Below, piece by piece: positions 1-7,097 of a stretch of 50,775 bases of DNA. The DNA is from Clostridia bacterium. GTDB lineage: Bacteria > Bacillota > Clostridia > Oscillospirales > CAG-272. Under the pieces are notes generated by a model, which was not told where the DNA came from, made no database searches, and worked only from the letters and a program-made list of their open reading frames with translations. The translations under genes and the position numbers were made by a program. Within the stretch, counting starts at the first letter, position 1, and the number at the start of each line of letters is the position of its first letter. Where the stretch lies: contig JAFTME010000003.1 of NCBI GenBank assembly GCA_017452545.1, positions 1 to 50,775 on the forward strand. Direction: 5' to 3'.

Positions 1-267
1 GATTTCACCTATTATCCTGCCATTATATCAAAATTTCAATTTTTCGGTATGCCGAAGGATCTCATGATTCAATCATGGATGATCACATTTGACAACCAAG
101 GCGAAATTTACCATATACAACTGTACAGTAAATATAACATACAAGAAGGAAGCACGGTGGTCAACAGTTTGAAGCAAACAACAGACAAGAAAATCGTTTG
201 GCCCGAGGAATTGGTCGGTGGTGGCACGGGTATCGGTGGAGTATATCGAATCGTTCCATTAGAATAA
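1..267 (+). CDS. 3' part of a gene running in from the left edge; probable paralog of the lipoprotein at 2872-3786
   Basis: Frame 1 is open from base 1 (DFTYYPAII...) to the stop at 267. C-terminal motifs FDNQGEIYHI and VWPEELVGG resemble INSNGDVHLI and VWPTELRDG of 2872-3786. Confidence 0.65.
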   Translation, partial: DFTYYPAIISKFQFFGMPKDLMIQSWMITFDNQGEIYHIQLYSKYNIQEGSTVVNSLKQTTDKKIVWPEELVGGGTGIGGVYRIVPLE

Positions 268-299
268 ACCACTCAAAAAAATTCAGGAGGATTTTCATT

Positions 300-1172
300 A
301 TGTTCTATACTATTTACAAAAACACATTTAAGACCTTATTCCGCTCCGTTATTTTCTATCTTGCGCTTGCCTTACTGATCGGCGTTGCCATTTACGAGGC
401 AATAGGCGGCGCGTATGGCTATTATGATATGGAGCTGAAGGAACTAATTATGGATACCGACCCGCGGTTTGTTTTGACCAAAGACAACTATATGCAAAAT
501 CCCAATAATGCCTGTTGCGCAAATATGATGATGTACGCCATGCCCCTGTTTGCCGTCATTTCCGCCGTGCTGGTGTTACATAGCAATTATAATGATCGTT
601 TTTACGAAATCGAAAAAGCAGGTAACGTCAAGTCTGTGACCTACTTCATGGCGCGTATTTTGGCGCTGATCACCATCAACGCTGTGCTGATTGCCTTTAC
701 CAGCCTGCTCACGCACTATTGGTACGTCTTCTCCCGCGGCGGCGTGAACGGCATGGGAACCATGGAAATGCTACTGGATTCCGTCGGCCGCGTGTTGCGC
801 TATGCCGTGTTCCTCGCCATTCCTTCCCTGACCTTCTATATAACCTTTACCTACGCCATCGGTAGCATTTTCAAGAGTGGCTGGGTCGGCGCCATCGCCG
901 GTATGGGACACGTCGTTGCCTACTTCATGGGATATCTTATGCTGCGCTTGCAGGTGGGTGAAATTGGAAAATTATATTTTGAATACCTTTGCCCGATTCC
1001 TACTAAGCTGCGAAGCTATCTTTATGCCTTTGATACCGCTGATGTTGCTGCACACATGGAACGAAGCGAAACCTCGCTTGGTAAAGCCGCGGCCTGCGTT
1101 GGTGTGCTGTTGGGTGTGTCGGTTATTTACAGCACGGTCAGCTACCTTTGCCAGCGCAAGCGCATTCAGTAA
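300..1172 (+). CDS. ABC-2 type transporter permease
   Basis: AGGAGG RBS before ATG 300; about 6 hydrophobic segments; in an operon with an ABC ATPase. Confidence 0.75.
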   Translation: MFYTIYKNTFKTLFRSVIFYLALALLIGVAIYEAIGGAYGYYDMELKELIMDTDPRFVLTKDNYMQNPNNACCANMMMYAMPLFAVISAVLVLHSNYNDRFYEIEKAGNVKSVTYFMARILALITINAVLIAFTSLLTHYWYVFSRGGVNGMGTMEMLLDSVGRVLRYAVFLAIPSLTFYITFTYAIGSIFKSGWVGAIAGMGHVVAYFMGYLMLRLQVGEIGKLYFEYLCPIPTKLRSYLYAFDTADVAAHMERSETSLGKAAACVGVLLGVSVIYSTVSYLCQRKRIQ

Positions 1173-1181
1173 GCAAGAGGA

Positions 1182-1928
1182 GTGAATCGAATGTTATTGC
1201 TTCGTACTTATAAAAAGTATTGGTGGGTTGTGGCGTTGCTTCTCCCCGTCTTTGCCATTTTGACGCGCGTTTGGGAGCCATCGTCGCTCATTATGCCCTA
1301 TCCAAGGAACGGCTATCTTGCCTACTTAGAGTTGTTTTTACCTATGCTGTTATTGGTTCCCCTCTCGATGATGCTGTTTGATCGCTACGAGATTGAGCTG
1401 GCGCTGGTGTGTGGCGTGTCCACTATCAAGCTGATGCTTCAACGTGTGCTGGCGCTCGCCAGCTACGCCTACGGTGTCCTTGCTCTGTTCGTGCTCATCT
1501 TTCGCTACACCCCCTATGTCCCCGATCCGAATGCAAAGCTGATCTTTCCCATCGTCATCCCCGAGAGGTATCGGTGGTATATGCTGCTCTCTCTTGCTGT
1601 TACGCTATTGTTCTTCACCGCGCTGTTTCTGTTCTTCCGCGTGGTAACGCGCAACTGCTATCTGCCCGTGGGGCTTGGGTTGTTCGTCTTTCTATTCTTC
1701 AAGGAGCGATCGCAAGACATTCAAACGGCAGCGCTGGGCACGAAGCACGCCCTGTTTGACCCCTTTATATCCTGCTATTTTCTGGGGAACAGCGTTCCAG
1801 CATCACTCTCCCTTCCCCACCTTTGGACGCTCAACCGCTTGCTCTTCTTGGATCTTGGGCTGCTTCTCTTGGTGGTAAGCTGCCTGCTGCTTCGCCGTGA
1901 AAAGCTACATGAGGGCTTTGGCGAATAA
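1182..1928 (+). CDS. Second ABC transporter permease-like membrane protein
   Basis: GTG start just after GAGGA; multiple TM segments; lies between permease and ATPase. Confidence 0.7.
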   Translation: MNRMLLLRTYKKYWWVVALLLPVFAILTRVWEPSSLIMPYPRNGYLAYLELFLPMLLLVPLSMMLFDRYEIELALVCGVSTIKLMLQRVLALASYAYGVLALFVLIFRYTPYVPDPNAKLIFPIVIPERYRWYMLLSLAVTLLFFTALFLFFRVVTRNCYLPVGLGLFVFLFFKERSQDIQTAALGTKHALFDPFISCYFLGNSVPASLSLPHLWTLNRLLFLDLGLLLLVVSCLLLRREKLHEGFGE

Positions 1929-1964
1929 TAAATCAAAACAACTATAAAATTATGGAGGAATATC

Positions 1965-2843
1965 ATGAATATCGAAATTAAGAATTTGACGAAGGTTTAT
2001 CCGCTTGGAAAAAAGAAGGCGCTGGATGGCGTAAATATCACCATCGGCAAGGGCATTTTCGGTCTGATCGGCAGAAACGGTGCCGGCAAAACCACCCTGA
2101 TGCGCATTTTAGCGACCATTATGCAAGCAACCGAGGGAGAAATTTACTTTGACGGTAAGGAACTGAATGCCAATAAAGAAGCCTTCCGCACCTCACTTGG
2201 CTATCTACCGCAAAGCACCAAGCTGATGCCTGCCTTGAATATCGTAGAGTTTTTGGACTACGTTTGCATCATGAAGGGCATCAAGGACAAAAACGAGCGC
2301 CGTGAACGCATCACTGCTGCCATTGAGACGGTCGGACTTGTTGGCGAGGAAAAGAAGCTACTGCGCGCCTATTCGGGCGGTATGCTGCGCCGTGCGGGCA
2401 TTGCACAGGTGCTGATTGGGGATCCGCAGGTGCTGATCATCGACGAGCCGACAACCGGTCTTGACCCGGAGGAACGCCTGTATTTCCTCAATCTGCTCTC
2501 CAAGATCGCCCGCGATCGCACCATCATTTTCTCCACACACATCACCGCCGACATCGAGCATCTGTGCCAGGACATCTGCGTGCTGGAGAAGGGACAAGTC
2601 AAATATCTCGGTAAAAAAGGCGAATTCATTTCGCGCATCGAGGGCAAGCTGTGGGAGCATAACGGTACCCCCGAGGACGAAGAACTGCTTCGCACGGAAA
2701 GCGTAGTCACCTCGGTGGCATACGTAGACGGTGCACCGTGTGTACGCTACGTATCCGACGCGCCCATTCTCCTTGGTAGCACCGCTATCACCGCGACACT
2801 CGAAGATGCTTACATATACGCGTTGGGCGGTGTGAAGCGCTAA
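1965..2843 (+). CDS. ABC transporter ATP-binding protein (DrrA/BcrA-like exporter)
   Basis: Walker A GRNGAGKT, signature YSGGM, Walker B LIIDEPT, H-loop STH. Confidence 0.95.
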   Translation: MNIEIKNLTKVYPLGKKKALDGVNITIGKGIFGLIGRNGAGKTTLMRILATIMQATEGEIYFDGKELNANKEAFRTSLGYLPQSTKLMPALNIVEFLDYVCIMKGIKDKNERRERITAAIETVGLVGEEKKLLRAYSGGMLRRAGIAQVLIGDPQVLIIDEPTTGLDPEERLYFLNLLSKIARDRTIIFSTHITADIEHLCQDICVLEKGQVKYLGKKGEFISRIEGKLWEHNGTPEDEELLRTESVVTSVAYVDGAPCVRYVSDAPILLGSTAITATLEDAYIYALGGVKR

Positions 2844-2871
2844 AATAACAATTGAAATAAGGAGAAACACC

Positions 2872-3786
2872 ATGAAAAAATTACTTATCCTGTTACTCGC
2901 TCTCGCCCTTGTTTTGACCGCCCTTGTTGGGTGTGCCAAACCCAACACGCCAAACGAACCGGGGAGCCCCAACACCGACACACCCCCTACCCCGCCCATC
3001 ACGGACGAGGACTATGACGAGATTATCGGCGGCGACAACTCCGGCAATCCCGGCGAAACGAATCCGCCCGAGGACAATCCTCCTGTGGACAATCCGCCTA
3101 CAACAGAAACACCCGAAGGTAGCCAGGTGGCAAGCGGATTTTTGGCTAAACAAAAGAAGTACAACTACGGCGAGAACAATATCGTTATGCTTAACGTAAC
3201 CAACCAAAACGAAGAAAATTACTCGGTTAAAGTAGAGGGCTATTATCTGGATGCTGACGGCAAAGTTTTGAAGACAGAAACCAAATTTGTCGAGGGTTAT
3301 GCAGCAGGGTACGTCAAGGACTTCCTCTTTAACCCCGGCATTGCGTTTGACAGCTTCAAGTTCACGCTGACAGCAGAAAAGTTTAGCGGAGAATGCTATG
3401 AGGATGATTTTTATATGAAGGATGTAGTCCTTCGGCAAGGAACCGCACACGGCTTTACACCGGAAGAACTAGCCGCAGGATTTGAAGTCACAAAACAATA
3501 TCCCTGCCTTTGGCTGGATGGCTCATGGGGATATTCCGGCACTACCTATCCTGCCTATTTTGATAGGACTTATATTATCATCAATTCCAACGGTGACGTT
3601 CATCTCATATTGGATCATAACAATTTCAACAGCATCCTAGGATATAGAATACCACGGCCTAATGCCGTCAATTCGACCATTTGGAGTTTATATCTGTCTT
3701 TTTCAGAAGAAGATGTATGGCCAACGGAATTGCGCGATGGCTACCAAATACTTTTTGCATTTACAGCTTCTGAGACTGAAGAATAG
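2872..3786 (+). CDS. Lipoprotein with Pro/Asn/Thr-rich linker, FxLYD-like Ig domain and divergent C-terminal domain
   Basis: MKK plus hydrophobic stretch plus LVGC lipobox; low-complexity linker; YYLDADG motif; RBS AAGGAG. Confidence 0.8.
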   Translation: MKKLLILLLALALVLTALVGCAKPNTPNEPGSPNTDTPPTPPITDEDYDEIIGGDNSGNPGETNPPEDNPPVDNPPTTETPEGSQVASGFLAKQKKYNYGENNIVMLNVTNQNEENYSVKVEGYYLDADGKVLKTETKFVEGYAAGYVKDFLFNPGIAFDSFKFTLTAEKFSGECYEDDFYMKDVVLRQGTAHGFTPEELAAGFEVTKQYPCLWLDGSWGYSGTTYPAYFDRTYIIINSNGDVHLILDHNNFNSILGYRIPRPNAVNSTIWSLYLSFSEEDVWPTELRDGYQILFAFTASETEE

Positions 3787-3837
3787 AAATTAGCTTGTAG
3801 AAGTATTGAATGAATTTTTGAAGTGATATGGCAAGCA

Positions 3838-3883
3838 AAAAAGGCCTCTGTATAACTGAAATGGGTTATACAGAGGTCTTTTT
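3838..3883 (+). terminator. Rho-independent terminator of the ABC/lipoprotein operon
   Basis: AAAAAGGCCTCTGTATAAC-8 nt-GTTATACAGAGGTCTTTTT. Confidence 0.8.
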
Positions 3884-3942
3884 ATATGCTTCAATTGACA
3901 ATATCCGCAGACGCACCATAAAGACCTACTGTTATCTATGAG

Positions 3943-3996
3943 TTTGTCAATTCAATTTGATCATTTTTTTCAAAATGATCAAATTGAATTGACAAA
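3943..3996. repeat. Perfect 25-bp inverted repeat with 4-nt loop
   Basis: TTTGTCAATTCAATTTGATCATTTT-TTTC-AAAATGATCAAATTGAATTGACAAA. Confidence 0.9.
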
Positions 3997-4217
3997 TGAA
4001 AATTATCCGAGCGTGAGGATGAGATAGAGTTACATAAAAAATGCAGCCCCGCTCAACATCGGTTGACATTGAACGGGACTGGATTTTTTGTGCACAGCGA
4101 GAGGTTGATTTGGTAAAGAAGATCAGCATATTCTTGCATTTTTGTTGTTTGTTGTTCTTATATGATAGCAGGGTGGCAAATTTTGAACATTTTTTCGAAG
4201 TGCGAAAAATCCTTATT

Positions 4218-4679
4218 TTACAAGGGTTTTCGTCGATTTTTTGATAAAGGTTGTACTTGTGTGATTGCAGCATCTGCCGCGAGGTCCTCGTTGAGGTCGG
4301 CGATGGGATCGCCCTTAACGGCGATATATTTCATATCGTTGGGCACGCCGGAGGCAGCAACGGGATAGACACCGGTGGTATGATCGACGAAATAGGCAGC
4401 AAAGGGGGTGCCGACGATCTGCTCCTCGCGCAGATTGCGGGTCAGCTGATGGATGATGGCGGCAACCATCTCAAGGTGCCCGAGCTCTTCGCTGCCGACG
4501 TCAGTCAAAAGACCAACGACGTCGCCGTGCGGCATGGAATAGCGCTGGTGCAGATAGCGCATAGAGGCGCTGAGCTCGCCATCGGGGCCACCGACTTGAC
4601 TGATGATGGCGCTTGCCAGCGCGGGATTGGGATTTTTAATCTTTACGGGATATTGCAGCTTCTTCTCATACGTCCACAT
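4218..4679 (-). pseudogene. cotJC: cotJC (Mn-catalase-family spore coat protein), 5' portion only, interrupted after codon 135
   Basis: MWTYEKKLQYPV, GGPDGEL, EELGHLE and GDPIADLNEDLAA are typical of CotJC. The expected EQKAR...RE..H C-terminal part is replaced by 18 unrelated residues. Confidence 0.9.
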
Positions 4680-4694
4680 GGATATTCACTCCTT

Positions 4695-5153
4695 TCAAAG
4701 TTGACCCTTGTCGTTTCCGACAAAGTCGAGCTGCCAGGGCCAGGGGCTTGCAGTCCAATCCCAGCGCTCGCTGCTTTGGTTTCCAATGGCGCGGACGGGG
4801 GCGCACAGCGCTTCATACTGCTCGATCACCTGCGCGCGCTCGCAGCGCAAGCGATGGAAATGATCAAGTGCACGGCTGCAATCGGGGTAAACGTCCAAAT
4901 ACAGAACGATTTCATTGATGGCAAAATCGAGCGTCTGCAGGCGGCGCATCAGCTGGCGGCACTGCTCGGTATTGGCGGGAGAATTGCCACAGCCGCAGCC
5001 ACCTCCGTTGTTCCCTGCCTCGCCCCTTGCGTGGATACGGTTGGAGCAGCCGCCCGTCTGTGACGCGGTACCGCAGCCGCAACCGGTACGGCGAGGGGGA
5101 TCCTGCTCCCGGCGGCGATTGCCAAAGATGCCGTTGGTATTACAATTATTCAC
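4695..5153 (-). CDS. cotJB: Spore coat protein CotJB with Gly/Cys-rich N-terminal extension
   Basis: GTG start at 5153 after AAAGGAGG; LDFAINEIVLYLDVYP and WDWTASPWPWQ motifs; directly upstream of cotJC. Confidence 0.9.
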   Translation of the reverse strand: MNNCNTNGIFGNRRREQDPPRRTGCGCGTASQTGGCSNRIHARGEAGNNGGGCGCGNSPANTEQCRQLMRRLQTLDFAINEIVLYLDVYPDCSRALDHFHRLRCERAQVIEQYEALCAPVRAIGNQSSERWDWTASPWPWQLDFVGNDKGQL

Positions 5154-5502
5154 AGAACTTACCCTCCTTTCCGCCGTAGAACGGCAAATCCAGCGCGCGG
5201 AACAGTGTACCGCGGCGCAGGGCGGTCTCCTCGTCGTACAGGTCATCATACTGCTGCAGCGGCATATACAGGGCGGCAAGAATACCGCCGCGAATGCCGA
5301 AGCCCTCATGCGCGTCGTCCGTATACGACTGCTTTTGCATCGGGCAGCTTGCGCCGACCGTCACCGCTGCGGGGACGTCGCCGCCGTGCTCGCAGCAGCC
5401 GCAATTTCCGCGGTCGGCAGGCAGACGCGGTGCGCCGAGAAGATGACGCAGCAGCTCGTCGTCCACACGCTCCTGCGGCGTCAGATCCTGATTCAAATTC
5501 AA
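5146..5502 (-). CDS. cotJA: Spore coat associated protein CotJA
   Basis: Likely TTG start at 5502 after AAGGAGG; C-terminal LAALYMPLQQYDDLY...ALRRGTLFRALDLPF motif; overlaps the cotJB start. Confidence 0.85.
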   Translation of the reverse strand: MNLNQDLTPQERVDDELLRHLLGAPRLPADRGNCGCCEHGGDVPAAVTVGASCPMQKQSYTDDAHEGFGIRGGILAALYMPLQQYDDLYDEETALRRGTLFRALDLPFYGGKEGKFCE

Positions 5503-5555
5503 AATGTGTTCCTCCTTCCAAGGCACCGCCGGGTCTGTGCGCGGCGCCTCACTAC

Positions 5556-5583
5556 AATATATGCGGAAGGGCGAAAAATGTCA
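5556..5583 (-). promoter_or_regulatory. Putative mother-cell sigma-E/sigma-K promoter of cotJABC
   Basis: Minus strand reads TGACA-15 nt-CATATATT; CATAnnnT is the sigma-E/K -10 consensus. Confidence 0.55.
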
Positions 5584-5649
5584 AACGCTGCGATTGTTTG
5601 TCGTTGTTCGTCGGGGCAAAAAAATTTCCCACTTTTTTTCAAAAAGGGG

Positions 5650-5678
5650 TTGACATTTCAAATAATATGTTGTATAAT
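5650..5678 (+). promoter_or_regulatory. Consensus sigma-A promoter of tRNA-Arg
   Basis: TTGACA-17 nt-TATAAT. Confidence 0.9.
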
Positions 5679-5702
5679 AATGTGGTCGTTGAGAAACGGC
5701 AT

Positions 5703-5779
5703 GCGGTGTTAGCTCAGCTGGATAGAGTGTTTGGCTACGAACCAAAAGGTCGGGGGTTCGAATCCCTTACACCGTACCA
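5703..5779 (+). tRNA. tRNA-Arg (anticodon ACG)
   Basis: Acceptor stem GCGGTGT/ACACCGT, D-arm AGCTCAGCTGGATAGAG, anticodon arm TTTGG-CTACGAA-CCAAA, GGTTCGAATC T-loop, encoded CCA. Confidence 0.97.
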
Positions 5780-5780
5780 A

Positions 5781-5814
5781 AAAAATGCCTACGCAATAGC
5801 GTAGGCATTTTTTT
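5781..5814 (+). terminator. Rho-independent terminator after the tRNA
   Basis: ATGCCTACGC-AATA-GCGTAGGCAT followed by a T run. Confidence 0.9.
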
Positions 5815-5927
5815 ATTTGTATTGTGCTTTGATTACGGCGCGCCGTTCGTTTTCGGAGCGCAACCGATTAAATATATGCGAATGATACGAAAGCGAAGGT
5901 CGTTTTATTGACTGTCGGCATCCTTCA

Positions 5928-5956
5928 TTGACTTCTGCTTTATTTTGTGTTATAAT
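5928..5956 (+). promoter_or_regulatory. Sigma-A promoter of the M42 peptidase
   Basis: TTGACT-17 nt-TATAAT. Confidence 0.75.
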
Positions 5957-6010
5957 GAAAACAAGAAATCACAAGAGCCCTCGCGCTCTTGGGCAAAGGA
6001 AGAATGCAAC

Positions 6011-7048
6011 ATGAACAAGGAATTTTTATTTGATCTGCTGCGGACGGGCTCCGTTTCCGGAAACGAGGCAGAGCTGGAAAAAAAGATCTACGATTATATG
6101 CAGGACAAGGCGGATGCGGTGTCGGTTGACGAGCTGGGCAACGTGACCGCGGCGCTCAATCCGACGGCAACATTCAAGGTGCTGGCAACCGGCCATGCAG
6201 ACGAGATCGGTCTTATGGTCAGCGCAATCGGCAGCGACGGCACACTGATGGTAACCGAGATCGGCGGCATCTATCCCACGACGTATCCCGGGCACAAGGT
6301 ACGCATCTACACCAAAAACGGTGTGATTTTCGGTGCAGTGGCAAACTCCAGAGAGATCGCCAAGAATAAGGAGCCGGAGGCGTCCTCGCTTCGGATCGAC
6401 ATTGGCGCGAAGGATCGCGAGGATGCGCAAAAATACGTGGAGCTCGGCGACACGGTAACCTTTGACACGGACGTTCGGGAGCTGCTCAACGATTGCATTT
6501 CCGGCAGAGCGCTGGACGATCGGATCGGAGCGTTTATTGTCATGGAGGCGTTGGCGAAGGCAAAGGCGCAGGGGGCTTCGGTCGGCTGCTACGCCGTCGC
6601 AACGACCGGTGAGGAAACGACAGGAAACGGTGCGTATTTCTCCGCCTCCCGTATCAAGCCGAGCATCGCGATTGCCGTTGACGTGACGTATACCTCAGAT
6701 AACTGCGGCATCAGTGAGGCGGAAACCGGAGATATTTCCGTTGGCAAGGGGCCCGTTCTTTGCAACAACCCGTCCATTCACAAAAAGGTTAACGAGCAGC
6801 TGCGCGCGTGCGCTCGCAAGCTGGGGCTGGCGGTTCAGACCGAGGCTGCCAGTGGCAGGACCGGAACCGACGGTGACATCATGCACAAGACAGGACTTGG
6901 TGTTCCCTTCGCGCTGGTATCCATTCCTCTCCGTTACATGCACAATCCCGCCGAGGTGGGATCGCTGAAGGATATCCGGGATTGCATTGATCTTCTTGCG
7001 GAATTTTTCGTAAGCTGCACGGAACATATGAATCTGAAGCCGTTCTGA
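6011..7048 (+). CDS. M42 family metallo-aminopeptidase
   Basis: GHADEIG, RALDDRIG, GEET, AVDVT, GTDGD and IPLRYMH motifs; ATG 6011 after AAGGA. Confidence 0.92.
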   Translation: MNKEFLFDLLRTGSVSGNEAELEKKIYDYMQDKADAVSVDELGNVTAALNPTATFKVLATGHADEIGLMVSAIGSDGTLMVTEIGGIYPTTYPGHKVRIYTKNGVIFGAVANSREIAKNKEPEASSLRIDIGAKDREDAQKYVELGDTVTFDTDVRELLNDCISGRALDDRIGAFIVMEALAKAKAQGASVGCYAVATTGEETTGNGAYFSASRIKPSIAIAVDVTYTSDNCGISEAETGDISVGKGPVLCNNPSIHKKVNEQLRACARKLGLAVQTEAASGRTGTDGDIMHKTGLGVPFALVSIPLRYMHNPAEVGSLKDIRDCIDLLAEFFVSCTEHMNLKPF

Positions 7049-7053
7049 ATTTG

Positions 7054-7095
7054 AAGCAAAACGGAGCCGACGCTCATGCGTCGGCTCCTTGCTTT
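7054..7095. terminator. Bidirectional terminator between convergent genes
   Basis: GGAGCCGACGC-TCAT-GCGTCGGCTCC with A/T-rich flanks. Confidence 0.8.
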
Positions 7096-7097
7096 GA

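Larger units (their letters stand above)
1..4272. mobile_element. End of a putative integrated element inserted in cotJC (extends beyond the left edge)
   Basis: cotJC homology stops abruptly at ~4273. Sequence to the left is visibly AT-richer, cargo genes are on the opposite strand, and there is a hairpin near the junction (4203-4232). No recombinase is visible in the window. Confidence 0.7.

Noticed and set aside
2872-3786. Diversity-generating retroelement target
   Set aside because: No reverse transcriptase and no near-identical template repeat with A-specific mismatches seen in the window.
4218-4274. cotJC truncation as a simple frameshift or sequencing error
   Set aside because: I could not see the missing CotJC C-terminal motifs in other frames downstream, and the sequence becomes AT-rich and non-coding.
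3947-4368. Short ORFs in the AT-rich element end, and in the 13183-13777 and 33293-33638 gaps
   Set aside because: No convincing RBS or motifs; they overlap palindromic non-coding structure.
5703-5779. tRNA-Arg as the integration site of the left-hand island
   Set aside because: I saw no duplicate of the tRNA 3' end. The compositional and homology break is in cotJC, 1.4 kb away, with host-like cotJAB in between.
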